Assembly (NCBI GenBank): GCA_038134595.1
Contig: JAYPVM010000008.1
Coordinates: 50,011 to 114,010, forward strand
DNA length: 64,000 nt
DNA from: Pseudomonadota bacterium
GTDB taxonomy: Bacteria; Bdellovibrionota_C; UBA2361; OMII01
Direction: 5' to 3'
Shown here: piece by piece, positions 20,076-30,181 of the stretch
Numbering within the stretch: the stretch's first letter is position 1
Layout of the letters: every line of letters starts with the position of its first letter
Program-made: the position numbers and the translations under genes
Notes under the pieces: generated by a model
The model's database searches: none
Seen by the model: the letters and a program-made list of their open reading frames with translations, nothing else
Told to the model about the DNA's origin: nothing

Positions 20076-20513
20076 TTACTTTACGCGCCGCAAATATGAT
20101 GGTCTCTCTCGAGCCGTTGTTTTTCTTGGACGACGTAACTGTTGGCTAGGTGGTAGCTCGTCACTCTCTTGGGAGAGAACCATGTGAAGGATTTCAGGTG
20201 GCGCGGCCTCAGCCCATACAAACTCCTCGCCTCTAACGGAGGAGGCTCCCCAGACACAATCCCATGGAATACAACAGAGGAAATACTCAGGGCCAAATAG
20301 AAGCTCTGCTTCGATACCTGCCTCTGAGGTTTTCATACTTCCCTTGAAAAATCGGCTAAGTCGCAACGTAACAGTACGGTTGTCCATTAGGTATTCAGGC
20401 AGTGAAACCTGACCATACGATGGATTGAGATGTACCAGAACTTGCTCATCATCGAGTAGCTTTTCAATAGTAGCTTTTTGACCTGTCTTGGTGCTTGAAT
20501 CTGTTGTCATCAT
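20076..20513 (-). CDS. sspB: SspB-like ClpXP adaptor
   Basis: V.LP.YL, L.F....CCIPWD.VW, C-terminal RPSYLRRVK tail. Confidence 0.75.
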   Translation of the reverse strand: MMTTDSSTKTGQKATIEKLLDDEQVLVHLNPSYGQVSLPEYLMDNRTVTLRLSRFFKGSMKTSEAGIEAELLFGPEYFLCCIPWDCVWGASSVRGEEFVWAEAAPPEILHMVLSQESDELPPSQQLRRPRKTTARERPSYLRRVK

Positions 20514-21156
20514 GGAAAAAGCGCTCCGGCAACCTAGTAAATTTTAATCGACAAAAACCGCGTATCCGTCTGTTCTCTTTAACTCCCCGCGCATCTCTAC
20601 GGGGTTTGTGCTATTGCATCCTTACCTTAATACCAGCGGAGTTGAGAAATGCGTTTAGCTCAATCATGTATCAAGTATAGATGCAGGTTGAGGGCCAGTA
20701 GCTTCGAGAGGTTGTGAAAACGAGGAAGAATGGACTAGCTTGTCTGCGTAATAGAGAGATTCGTTTGATTCGGTGAGGCAAATAATTGACACGAAATTAC
20801 GATATGCAAACCCTTTGAATGTAGTGTAAGTACCTGTTTTTCTGTTGCTAATAAATCTCTATGAGCCGCACCACGTTGGAATTGTGAATAAACAAAGTTT
20901 GATCTGTATGGGGTGGTCGAGTGCGCTAGGTGGTACAAGAGCGAAAACAAAGAATAAAAAAAAGAGAAACAGGCAGGACCAGCGGCAGAAAGTGACGTGA
21001 GTAAGCATTTGTACAGGTGTTTGAATCCGTAGTCAGATCGTATATTGTGCTCACGCGTGCTTCGATACGGCTTGCCGGACATTTGGGTGTTACCTTCTTA
21101 AGGAGCGCATGCTTGTTGTCGTGTTTGTCAGTATATACGAGAGAGAAACAGATTGT

Positions 21157-22839
21157 ATGAATACATTACGTGTCACAAATAGCACCTGGTTTCGGAAGGA
21201 ATTTTTTGTTGTCTTACTGTGTTCAATAATTCTTACTCTGCCGTGGATTGATCGTCCTTTTCATACTCGAGGTGAGCCTCGAGAGGCTCTTGTGGCTCAA
21301 GCAATGCTTGATACAGGAGATTGGATATCTCCGCAGGCATATGATGGGGCCGTACCATCAAAACCTCCCTTTTTGCACTGGTTGATAACGATGTGCTCTC
21401 TTCCAGGAGGAGAGGTTACGGAAGCTACATGTCGATTGCCATCTGCGATCTCGTTCATCCTGTTTAGTGCGTTATTTTTCCAGTTTTTAGTAAAACGAAC
21501 ATCGAGTTTTGAAGCGTGTGCTACATCATTAATATTACTGAGTTGCTTTGAGTGGTTTCGCGGGGCAGTCACCTGCAGAGTGGATACGCTTCTTGCGGTC
21601 AGCATGTCCGGATGCCTGCTTGCATTGTATGCGTGGTGGGAAAAAAGATACCGGGGCGTACCGTGGGTGGCGATTGGTTTGGCAAGTTGTGCGACCCTCA
21701 CAAAGGGGCCTGTAGGATTTGTTCTGCCCCTGGGAATACTTGCGCTGTTCTCGTTGCTACAAGATGGGTGCTCTCGAGAAAATCTTCGAAGACTTTTTTT
21801 TCGTTGCATCCTGATCGGCTTACCCACGATGGTAGTCAGCTCTGTATGGTATCTTTTAGGTTACCAACAAAGGGGAAATGTCTTTGTTGCAAAAGTCCTC
21901 TATGAAAATTTCGCCCGTTTTATGAGCACGATGGCCGATAAGCCCCATCAGCATTCGATGTGGTATCTGTTTGGTATGCTTCTTTTAGGAGTTCTACCAT
22001 GGACAGTTCCCCTTTTGTCGCATTGTATTCGATTTAAGAAGCCTTGTTTGAGTAGTATTCGGGACCTGCGCCAGTGGTGGAATAGACAAGACTCATTTTT
22101 TCAATTCTCACTTCTAAGTGTTCTTTGTGTAGTTTCGTTTTTTTGTATCCCGTCGAGCAAGCGGAGTGTATATTTGCTTCCAGCATATCCTTTTATCGCG
22201 TTTCTTATCTGTAGAGTGTTGTTAGCGATCGATGCACGTGTCACTTCGGTTATGCACTGGACCCGTAGGGTGATTGGAGTTGCTGTGATTTGTACCTGTA
22301 TTATCGCACTTGGCTCTGAGTGGTATACAATTAGTGGCTTCTCAGTAAAGCTTCGGGATTTGTACGAGACCTTAAGTCCTCTAAAGGTGAGCGTTTGTGT
22401 TGGCGCGGGATTACTATTGATTCGGATGTTCCGGTCTGAAGCAGTTTTTCAAACCGCTTCTATACGACTTGCACTGAGCATGATCGGAGCGGTGGCCCTC
22501 GCTAGCTTCGCTGTTTACGATACGGTAGCTCGAGTGATGTCGCCTAAGAGTTGGTATAGAGATGCCGCTATTACAGCGCTCGAAGAGGTTAACCCCTCGC
22601 GGAGTTGGTTCTCGTACGGGATTGAGATGTACGGAGCAAGCTTCTATCTTCATAGACCATTTCAGCGAATTGAAGGAAAGAATGCGTTAGTAGGGGATGT
22701 GGTATTTACACAGCGGCGGCACATCGAGAACCTACAAAGGGAGCATCCGTATGTCTTTCGCGAGGTCTTGTCGTATCGTAGCGGTGTAGAGAAACCGAAG
22801 AAGGAACGGGTCGTTTTAGAGATAACGGCATTACGCTAG
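21157..22839 (+). CDS. ArnT/PMT-family (GT-C) membrane glycosyltransferase
   Basis: GEPREALVAQAM, SKPPFLHW, LTKGPVG, SKRSVYLLPAYP; multiple TM segments; alternative start 21109. Confidence 0.88.
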   Translation: MNTLRVTNSTWFRKEFFVVLLCSIILTLPWIDRPFHTRGEPREALVAQAMLDTGDWISPQAYDGAVPSKPPFLHWLITMCSLPGGEVTEATCRLPSAISFILFSALFFQFLVKRTSSFEACATSLILLSCFEWFRGAVTCRVDTLLAVSMSGCLLALYAWWEKRYRGVPWVAIGLASCATLTKGPVGFVLPLGILALFSLLQDGCSRENLRRLFFRCILIGLPTMVVSSVWYLLGYQQRGNVFVAKVLYENFARFMSTMADKPHQHSMWYLFGMLLLGVLPWTVPLLSHCIRFKKPCLSSIRDLRQWWNRQDSFFQFSLLSVLCVVSFFCIPSSKRSVYLLPAYPFIAFLICRVLLAIDARVTSVMHWTRRVIGVAVICTCIIALGSEWYTISGFSVKLRDLYETLSPLKVSVCVGAGLLLIRMFRSEAVFQTASIRLALSMIGAVALASFAVYDTVARVMSPKSWYRDAAITALEEVNPSRSWFSYGIEMYGASFYLHRPFQRIEGKNALVGDVVFTQRRHIENLQREHPYVFREVLSYRSGVEKPKKERVVLEITALR

Positions 22840-22890
22840 TATAGATAAATCCTCATTTGCACCTAAAGAGCTAGGTGATACCCTGTTTCC

Positions 22891-24438
22891 ATGGGTGAGA
22901 GTGATAAGAGTCAATTGGTGCACAATATCGCGCGGGCTAAGCGTGTTCAAAGAGCTATAACCCAAGATTGGGATATGATCATAATCGGCGGTGGTATCCA
23001 CGGCATGGCCCTTGCCGTTCTTTCTTCACAAATGGGCTACAAGACGCTTCTTTTGGAGCGAAACGATTATGCCAGCGCAACATCAAGTAGAAGCTCTAAG
23101 ATGGCGCATGGTGGCTTGCGCTATTTAGAGATGTTTGATTTTCAGCAGGTCTTTGAGGGGATTGCATGTAGGGAAGATCTCTTTGTGAAGGCACCACATC
23201 TTGTGCGGCCCGAGAAGTTTTTGATTCCAGTCTACAAAGGCGATTGGTGGTTTCGGTTGAAACTTCATATCGGGTTGTGGTTGTACGATCGTATGGTGAA
23301 AAGTCCAGAGCGAAGGCATCGTTGGATTCCAGAGGTTGGACTTGATTCAGAGCTCTTTGGGCAAGCACATCAGAAGTTAAGGGGCGCATTTGAATACACC
23401 GATGGCTTGATGAAGGATGCGCGTTTAGTGTTTGAGCTGCTGGTTGCTGCGGAACAGCGCGGGTGTTGTGCGCTCAATCATGCCGAGGTCGTTCGTATAG
23501 ACCAAGATGACCAATGTCGGCGAGCAAGAGTACAGTGGAGGGATAATTTGACAGCAGAGACCTATTCATCTACTGCAAGCGTCGTATTTAATTGCGCGGG
23601 GCCGTGGGCGCCACACATTCAAGAAAGTGAGGCAAAGGGCAATGGATATCCGGTGAAATATAGTAGGGGATCCCACCTGATATTTTCAAAGCCCTGGAAC
23701 TTTCCATCACTGTTTTTGCCGCTGTCAGAAAAGGGCCGGTACTATTTTGTTTGGCCGCATGTGCGGGGCACGATGGTAGGAACAACTGAGCGTGAGGTGA
23801 AGGTGCTCGATAGCGATCCAGTGCCATCGAAGGATGAAGAGCAAGAGATTTTAGACCGCCTGCAAAAAGACCTGCCTCACCATGGACTAACAAAAGATTG
23901 TTTGGTCTCCTCCTTCGCCGGAGTTAGGATTCTACCGATGCGAGATCGGACAAAACGAGTGGGCGCACTCTCACGAAAGCACATATGGGATGTGCGCCAG
24001 CAGATGTTTTCTCTAATTGGAGGAAAGTACACTTCATTTGCGTGGACTGTTCGGGAGGGAATGAAGTTATTTCTTCAAACGATCGGGGCGTCTCTTAAGA
24101 ATATCCCTTCTCCAATTGAAAATTTGCCCGGATATATAACGGAGTCAGAACGCGCTCTATTGATTAAGACGTTACATGAGCAATATCCAGCAAACAAAAA
24201 GGCGATTTTGAGAGCTGTGGAGCGTCTTGGAGCTCAGGTCTTGCGATACTCGGATAGGGCAGAGGCGTGGGAGGAGATTTGTCCAGGAGTACTTATGTTA
24301 GAAGTCTTGCATGCTATGGAGTGTGAACATGCCTGTTCTCTCGAGGGGGTAGTCAGGTGGCGATTAGAGTTAGAAACAACCTCTGACTGTAGCTCTGAAG
24401 AGGTATTCAAGAAAATTGGGAAAATGGTTGAGGGGTAG
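22891..24438 (+). CDS. glpD: FAD-dependent glycerol-3-phosphate dehydrogenase
   Basis: IIGGGIHG, TSSRSSKMAHGGLRYL, AGPW, GGKYT. Confidence 0.92.
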   Translation: MGESDKSQLVHNIARAKRVQRAITQDWDMIIIGGGIHGMALAVLSSQMGYKTLLLERNDYASATSSRSSKMAHGGLRYLEMFDFQQVFEGIACREDLFVKAPHLVRPEKFLIPVYKGDWWFRLKLHIGLWLYDRMVKSPERRHRWIPEVGLDSELFGQAHQKLRGAFEYTDGLMKDARLVFELLVAAEQRGCCALNHAEVVRIDQDDQCRRARVQWRDNLTAETYSSTASVVFNCAGPWAPHIQESEAKGNGYPVKYSRGSHLIFSKPWNFPSLFLPLSEKGRYYFVWPHVRGTMVGTTEREVKVLDSDPVPSKDEEQEILDRLQKDLPHHGLTKDCLVSSFAGVRILPMRDRTKRVGALSRKHIWDVRQQMFSLIGGKYTSFAWTVREGMKLFLQTIGASLKNIPSPIENLPGYITESERALLIKTLHEQYPANKKAILRAVERLGAQVLRYSDRAEAWEEICPGVLMLEVLHAMECEHACSLEGVVRWRLELETTSDCSSEEVFKKIGKMVEG

Positions 24439-24528
24439 GTTATACACAGCACCTACAATCGTTAACCTTGATAGTGTTGTGATTAGGAGGAGTGGATAGC
24501 TGGCTGTGAGGGTGTATAAATAAGACAC

Positions 24529-24560
24529 AAAAAAACCGAGCATTCAATGGCTCGGTTTTT
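24529..24560 (-). terminator. Intrinsic (bidirectional) terminator between glpD and rpsN
   Basis: AAAAACCGAGC-8 nt-GCTCGGTTTTT with A/T tails on both sides. Confidence 0.85.
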
Positions 24561-24582
24561 ATCAAAGCTATGTAGTGTTAGA

Positions 24583-24888
24583 TTACCAGCTTGACTTGGT
24601 CACTCCAGGTATGAGCCCTTTGTGAGCCATCTCTCGGAACGTGATCCTAGAAAGCATAAAGCGCTTGTAGATACCACGTCCACGCCCTGTAAGTTGACAC
24701 CGGTTTCGAACTCGCTCTTTAGCTCCATTTCTTGGAAGAGCTTGAAGCTTTAGTCTAGCCCTGTAGCGATCCTCATCTGAAAGTTGTGGGTCAATGGCTT
24801 TCTCTCTAAGCTCTTTACGAAGCTCATACTGCTTTGCAGCCATTTTAATTCGTTTATCGTTTCTATTAGATACGCTTTTCTTTGCCAT
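24583..24888 (-). CDS. rpsN: 30S ribosomal protein S14, long Zn-independent (C-) form, stand-alone
   Basis: MAKKS..LPRN..RVRNRCQLTGR.RG..LSRITFRE..GLIPGVTKSSW; only one Cys. Confidence 0.97.
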   Translation of the reverse strand: MAKKSVSNRNDKRIKMAAKQYELRKELREKAIDPQLSDEDRYRARLKLQALPRNGAKERVRNRCQLTGRGRGIYKRFMLSRITFREMAHKGLIPGVTKSSW

Positions 24889-25128
24889 AATAAAAAATCT
24901 GTGTACTACGTATTATCAACTTCTGTTGCTTATCGTCGTAAATTTGTTCTGCGGGCCCGTGACGATAACAACGAGCCTAACCACGCGATACTAAGACATT
25001 TCTGCTGAAAAAGCCAACCTCCTTGGTATCTACTAGCGAGGGCAGATGATAGCATAACGGCAAAGGATGTCTAGTAAGAGCTAAACGCCTAAAACTACAA
25101 GGTGTTTTAGTAAATTGCTAGCGCGCTT

Positions 25129-25974
25129 CTATCCCAAGAACCCAATCAACGTATCTATCTCACTTCGAGCTCCCTCGGGAGTAGCAAGGGCAGGGGTCTC
25201 TAGGATAAATGGAATTGGAGCAAGCTTTGGATGGGTAAATACCGCTTGCAATGCCTCACGCCCTATAAGCCCATGACCTATATTCTCGTGCCGGTCTCTC
25301 TTGCTACCGCACTCAGTTTTGCTGTCGTTTAAGTGGATAGACCACACTTTTTCAAATCCAAATGCCTGTTCGATATTGTCGATGACACCCTCTAAGTTGT
25401 TTGCGAGGTCATAACCACTGGCCCACATGTGCTGGGTGTCTAATCCAAAGCCTACGAGCTCCTTTCGCTCTATCTGACTGTATATGAGTGAGAGTTCCTC
25501 TAGTTCATCACCAATGATACTACCTGCGCCTGCGGCTACCTCCATTATCAGGCGACTGTTTGCGGGGGCTTTTTCCAAGATGGCATTTAAACCCGATACC
25601 ACGCGGTCATATCCTGACTCCTCGTCTGGCTGGTCTTTCATACTTCCCACGTGAAAAATGACTCCAGAGCCGTTAATTCTGGCACTTAAGTCCAGGTAGT
25701 GGCTAAGAGAGTTTTTGGCGAGCTGAAACTTGCGGGGATCTGGGGTAGCCATATTGATAAGATAGATTGCGTGAAAGAATACGTGCTCTAGGCATGAGCC
25801 TTCCTTTGTGGCCAGAAACGCATCTTCTACCCCTTCTGCAAAGGGGTTTGTGTTCCACCGTTGAGGAGGAGAGGGGTGTATCTGAATGGTGTTAATGGAT
25901 AAATCAATCGCAGCTTTGGCCGCATTGACCAAACCGCCAGCACATGACACGTGAGCGCCAAAATATCGTTTCAT
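25129..25974 (-). CDS. nfo: Endonuclease IV
   Basis: GAHVS, HAIYLINM, FHVG, GLDTQH, HLNDSK..DRHENIG, ILETP. Confidence 0.95.
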   Translation of the reverse strand: MKRYFGAHVSCAGGLVNAAKAAIDLSINTIQIHPSPPQRWNTNPFAEGVEDAFLATKEGSCLEHVFFHAIYLINMATPDPRKFQLAKNSLSHYLDLSARINGSGVIFHVGSMKDQPDEESGYDRVVSGLNAILEKAPANSRLIMEVAAGAGSIIGDELEELSLIYSQIERKELVGFGLDTQHMWASGYDLANNLEGVIDNIEQAFGFEKVWSIHLNDSKTECGSKRDRHENIGHGLIGREALQAVFTHPKLAPIPFILETPALATPEGARSEIDTLIGFLG

Positions 25975-26005
25975 CTTAAGCTCCTCTGATTTTATTTTCA
26001 GTGCC

Positions 26006-26037
26006 TTAGTGTTTATGACAATTAGTGTTTATTACAA
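26006..26037. repeat. 2x16-bp tandem direct repeat in divergent intergenic region
   Basis: TTAGTGTTTATGACAA / TTAGTGTTTATTACAA. Confidence 0.8.
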
Positions 26038-26127
26038 TCTGTAAAACCCTAAAAAGTTGGGGGTTTCACCTCCACGTGAGTATTTTATACTAGCGCTACT
26101 TAAGGGGATAAGTCGAGAGAATGGTGT

Positions 26128-26931
26128 ATGATACGAAGTATTTTATTGATAAGCCTTGGTGCTCTTATCGGAGGAGCGGCGAGTTTTTATTTGGCGGATT
26201 TTTCAGAAGACACTCGTAGAAAACCATCGGAGGAACTGGCGACGTCGTTAGCGTCTTGTCAGACAAAGTTAGTCGAGCAGGAGCGGACAATTGTTTCTCT
26301 GACGCAATCGGCCGTTCATGCTCCAACTGAATGTGCTGTTCCAACGAGTGAGCACCCTGCTCGGGAGGTTCAATCCCATTCCGCGGAAGCTGATTCGGTC
26401 ATGCATGCACAAGCGATTGCGTGGAGGATCTCTTCGATTGAAAAATTTCTTCCCCTAACAGACGAACAAAAAGAGCGTCTGGAGCAAAAGTATACCGAGG
26501 AGCAGCAGGCACGCTCGGAGGATAGAGAAAGCGATGCTGAGACCCTTGATGATATTCTTGGAGTTGAAAGTGCAACGACATATCGCACCCAAGTTAAGGC
26601 GGCTTTTGAACGAGTTCAAAATGAGGAGCTAGAGAAAGAGGTGCTGTGGACTTCGCGAAAGCTCTCGCTTAATGAAGACCAGGAGCGAGCACTTCAAGCC
26701 GCTTTTGCCGATGTCGAAATGGCTCTAAAGGGTGAATTTAGAGCGCTGATAGCCGCGGCACAAACCCCTGCTGAGCGGGTGACGCTGATGATTCAAGAAA
26801 ACAAGAAGCGAAGGCAACTACGTGCAGAATTGGTGAAAGATTCACTCTCCCCTGAGCAGTATCAAGCGTTTCTTGCCTTAGAAGCTCAATCGGCTTCAGC
26901 GGATATGGAGGTTTTTCATGAACCAAGTTAG
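26128..26931 (+). CDS. N-terminally anchored helical hypothetical protein
   Basis: Hydrophobic N-terminus; LTDEQK/LNEDQE/LSPEQY (LTxxQ-like) helical repeats. Confidence 0.7.
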   Translation: MIRSILLISLGALIGGAASFYLADFSEDTRRKPSEELATSLASCQTKLVEQERTIVSLTQSAVHAPTECAVPTSEHPAREVQSHSAEADSVMHAQAIAWRISSIEKFLPLTDEQKERLEQKYTEEQQARSEDRESDAETLDDILGVESATTYRTQVKAAFERVQNEELEKEVLWTSRKLSLNEDQERALQAAFADVEMALKGEFRALIAAAQTPAERVTLMIQENKKRRQLRAELVKDSLSPEQYQAFLALEAQSASADMEVFHEPS

Positions 26932-26990
26932 ACAAAAAACCTTGGCTTGCAATAAAGCTGGTTTAGTTGGTGATTCTGGAGGGGCGCCAT

Positions 26991-27551
26991 ATGGAGATTC
27001 TCGATGAGATCGTGATGTCATTTACGGGCTCCTTTGGTGCTTTTGTTGTTGTTGCTCTTTGGATGCTTTCCATGGTCGTTTCATGGATTTGTTTTATTAG
27101 GGATTCTTTCACTGTAAGCTGGAAGTGGGGTTTCTGTTGCTTGCTAATGCCGTTTCCGAGTATTTTTATTGCTACCGTGGCTTTTTATGAAAGAATGAAG
27201 TTATCGGTGCTTCTCGTGTTGACATTGTTCATGGCAGTAACGGAATTAGCTATCCTGCGTGCTCTACTTCGTTCTTTGTATGTGCCACAGGCATTTAAAT
27301 TTGGCGAAGTTTTGCCTCTGTGTGTATTGCTACTTCCTCAACTTTTGTTGACGTTGCTGAGCTTGCGTATCCGTTGGATGTGGGGTGTATTGTGTTTGCT
27401 TGCCCCATTTCCAGCCGCCACGATTTTTGCGAAGCGGTTCTATAAACATGCGAAGATTGCGGTTCTTGCAACTGTACTTATCGCCTCGGGTTTCTCGGCG
27501 TTTGTAATCTATGGCGGTATGCTAGGATTGCTTTATCGCGCGAGCTATTAG
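26991..27551 (+). CDS. Integral membrane protein with internal duplication
   Basis: GGAGG SD before ATG 26991; two copies of W.WG..CLL.PFP....FY...K..VL. Confidence 0.75.
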   Translation: MEILDEIVMSFTGSFGAFVVVALWMLSMVVSWICFIRDSFTVSWKWGFCCLLMPFPSIFIATVAFYERMKLSVLLVLTLFMAVTELAILRALLRSLYVPQAFKFGEVLPLCVLLLPQLLLTLLSLRIRWMWGVLCLLAPFPAATIFAKRFYKHAKIAVLATVLIASGFSAFVIYGGMLGLLYRASY

Positions 27552-27566
27552 CGGTAGCAATTGGCA

Positions 27567-28205
27567 TTAGAGTTGTTTGATAAAGACTTTATAATCTTTC
27601 ATCCCTGTCCTAATAACTCGATGTGCCATCGCCTTGTCGTAGGTTTGTGCGACCTCGACGGGAGGAGCTTTTTGAGTTCCGGGGATTTCTTTGTAGGTAA
27701 GAAAGTAGTGTAGTAGCCTATCGATGACAGTCTGTGGGAGATCTGAAATGTCTCTCATGCCACCGTAGACGCCATCTCCCTCCAAGACAGCGATTATCTT
27801 ATCGTCTGCTTCAGTGCCATCAATGAGTTGAAATCCACCGAGAGGCCGCGCTCGAACGAGAATATCGCCCTGAGCGATGACGCAATCAGCGAGCACGCAG
27901 ATGTCGATGGGATCTCCATCTCCCTTGATCTTTCGGGGGGATGGGAGTGAGTTGGAACACAATGTTCCAACACCATCGCCAGAATACGTCTGAGGAATAA
28001 AGCCATAGAGCGAAGGGCAGTGATTCGAGTATTTTTGCGGTCTATCAACGGTGAGGATGCCGGAAGACTTATCTATCTCAAATTTCACGGTATCGGTAGG
28101 AACGATTTCGATATAGCAGGTGATAACCTCCGGAGCATCATCACCGACAGAGATGCCATGCCAAGGGTGAGCTCTTGCCTGAGGAAATTTGTTCATACTG
28201 CTCAT
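27567..28205 (-). CDS. ppa: Inorganic pyrophosphatase family I
   Basis: HPWHG, KFEIDK, YGFIPQT, DGDPIDIC, EADDKIIAV. Confidence 0.96.
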   Translation of the reverse strand: MSSMNKFPQARAHPWHGISVGDDAPEVITCYIEIVPTDTVKFEIDKSSGILTVDRPQKYSNHCPSLYGFIPQTYSGDGVGTLCSNSLPSPRKIKGDGDPIDICVLADCVIAQGDILVRARPLGGFQLIDGTEADDKIIAVLEGDGVYGGMRDISDLPQTVIDRLLHYFLTYKEIPGTQKAPPVEVAQTYDKAMAHRVIRTGMKDYKVFIKQL

Positions 28206-28287
28206 AGTACGCTTATCGTGAGAAACACGCGAGGCAAAATCGGTGGGAGTGTTGCAGAAGTGCAGGTTTCTCGTAGCGGGAGTGCCG

Positions 28288-29346
28288 TCAGTGAGCGCGT
28301 ATACCGCAGACAGTAAGTTCGTTTTTATTGTGAGTTAGCTGTTTCGCGTCAAACCATGCAGTGTGTTTGGAGAGAAAGGTCAATGTTTCGTTGATTGTTT
28401 GAAAATCTGGAGTGCCTTGGCACTTAATTGTTACACAGAAGTTCTGACACCACGAGTTTGTAACCCAGGAAGTTAGAATAGACTGTGTGTTTTGAGGGGT
28501 GGTGATAACATCACACACAAGCCATGAGACTGGCGAAGGTGGAGACCACGTTAGCGCGTTCCCTTTGATCCAGCTAATTGCGGAGCTTTTCATTAGTGAG
28601 GGATCGAGGGGGCTCCGATCGAGTGCGGTAACCTGTAATCCAGCCTTTTGGAGAACGTATGTCCATCCTCCCGGAGAGGCTCCGAGATCTACGGCTGTTT
28701 GGCCCCTTGAGAATGTAAGTCCAAATGTGCATATCGCTTCTTCTAATTTCTTAAATGCACGTGAGGGGGGACTCTTATTGTCGTCAATAGCCACGTATCC
28801 AGCTCTGTGTGTAGACAGTGCGGCACCGTAGATATTCCGTTCTTCCTCGGTTGTAACGGACATGAAACCTTTCTCATCAGAGATGCATAAAACTTGGACA
28901 ATAGACTGCGCAGAACCATTCTCTTCTTGAAGAGAGCGAAGGAGGCTTCTGCGCTTGGCTTTTAGGGTGCTGATGACCCGTTCTTCGATAAGTCTCGCAC
29001 GCCCGTATTGCTCACCTGTTTCAGAGCTCTTGGGAGAAAAGACATGTAGTTTCCATCCCTTTACTAAAGTTTGTTCATGCTCCACAAGGTGTCGAACGAT
29101 TGTTTCTGACCACTGAGAGATGCTGTGTTCCTGAATGAGAATAGAGGAGGGAAGGATTTGACGAGCAAAGCACAGCGGAATTGCGAAGATCTTACCATCG
29201 TGTACACTTGGGATTGAAACGACCTGCGAAGCGAGTACAGAGCAGGAAGCGGTAGGAGTCCTCAAGGCTATTTCTTGTACGATGTACTCCTCCTGTCCGG
29301 GACGAGTAACGCATATATGAGATGTTTTTTGAGATGTAGAGACCAT
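28288..29346 (-). CDS. RlmM-like (FtsJ family) rRNA 2'-O-methyltransferase
   Basis: PSRAFKKLEEA, AVDLGASPGGWT, WLVCDV; start assigned to ATG 29346. Confidence 0.85.
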   Translation of the reverse strand: MVSTSQKTSHICVTRPGQEEYIVQEIALRTPTASCSVLASQVVSIPSVHDGKIFAIPLCFARQILPSSILIQEHSISQWSETIVRHLVEHEQTLVKGWKLHVFSPKSSETGEQYGRARLIEERVISTLKAKRRSLLRSLQEENGSAQSIVQVLCISDEKGFMSVTTEEERNIYGAALSTHRAGYVAIDDNKSPPSRAFKKLEEAICTFGLTFSRGQTAVDLGASPGGWTYVLQKAGLQVTALDRSPLDPSLMKSSAISWIKGNALTWSPPSPVSWLVCDVITTPQNTQSILTSWVTNSWCQNFCVTIKCQGTPDFQTINETLTFLSKHTAWFDAKQLTHNKNELTVCGIRAH

Positions 29347-30181
29347 GGCAGAACGATATAGACAAAAGAAGGTTAGCACAGCCTCAAAAAAACAGCGAGG
29401 CGTCGGCAAGCCGCAAGCTAAAAAAACAAATAAGGAATCCAAACAGGGTGCGAAAAGTATAATACTCTTTGGCATTAAAGCCTGTCGAGCGGTGTTTGAG
29501 CAGCGTCCACAAGCTATTAATCGCGTATGTGTGCTACGCGAGAGGCTGGAAGAATTTCATGATGTGAGCCTATGGTGTCGAAAGAATCGACGTGCTTTTA
29601 AGGAAGTCAAGGTAGACGAGTTGCGCCGCATCGCTGGTAGTGAGCACCATGAAGGAGTTGTATTTGATATCAAGCCCAAGCCACAAACGACTCTGGAGAA
29701 GATGCTTAAATCGACGCAACAATTGAATAAGCCATCATGCATCGTTGTGTTAGAAGGTGTTGAGAACCCACATAACATCGGGGCAATTGTAAGAACGGCA
29801 TGCTTTTTTGGAGCAACTGGTATTGTTGTTGTCGATAGCGAGGCTTCTGCACTTTCGAGTGCTGCGTATCGAATTGCAGAGGGAGCGCTTGAACAGATTT
29901 CAGTGGTTGCAGAATCTGATGCGCTTTCAGTAATGCGGGCATTACAAGATGCTGGTTACGCGCTCTATGCCACGACGCCGCATGAGGCTACTTCATTGTA
30001 TTCAATTACGTGGCCTTCAAAAACAGCGGTGTTTTTTGGGGCTGAGCGAGACGGATTAAGCCCGGTGCTTTTAGAGCAAATCACTAATCGAGTTGTTATC
30101 CCTCGCAAAGGCATACTGGAGAGTCTCAACGTTGGAGCGGCGGTGGCGTCTGTATTAACCGAGATAAACCGAGGTCAGTGA
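29345..30181 (+). CDS. TrmH/SpoU family RNA methyltransferase
   Basis: LEGVENPHNIGAIVRTA, FGAERDGL, ESLNVGAA. Confidence 0.92.
   Translation: MAERYRQKKVSTASKKQRGVGKPQAKKTNKESKQGAKSIILFGIKACRAVFEQRPQAINRVCVLRERLEEFHDVSLWCRKNRRAFKEVKVDELRRIAGSEHHEGVVFDIKPKPQTTLEKMLKSTQQLNKPSCIVVLEGVENPHNIGAIVRTACFFGATGIVVVDSEASALSSAAYRIAEGALEQISVVAESDALSVMRALQDAGYALYATTPHEATSLYSITWPSKTAVFFGAERDGLSPVLLEQITNRVVIPRKGILESLNVGAAVASVLTEINRGQ

Noticed and set aside
20735..21082. 115-aa minus-strand ORF in the sspB-ArnT gap
   Set aside because: No SD or motif and unconvincing composition; probably non-coding promoter region
24889..25128. Zur box upstream of the C- rpsN
   Set aside because: Only a weak partial match, overlapping a probable sigma70 promoter
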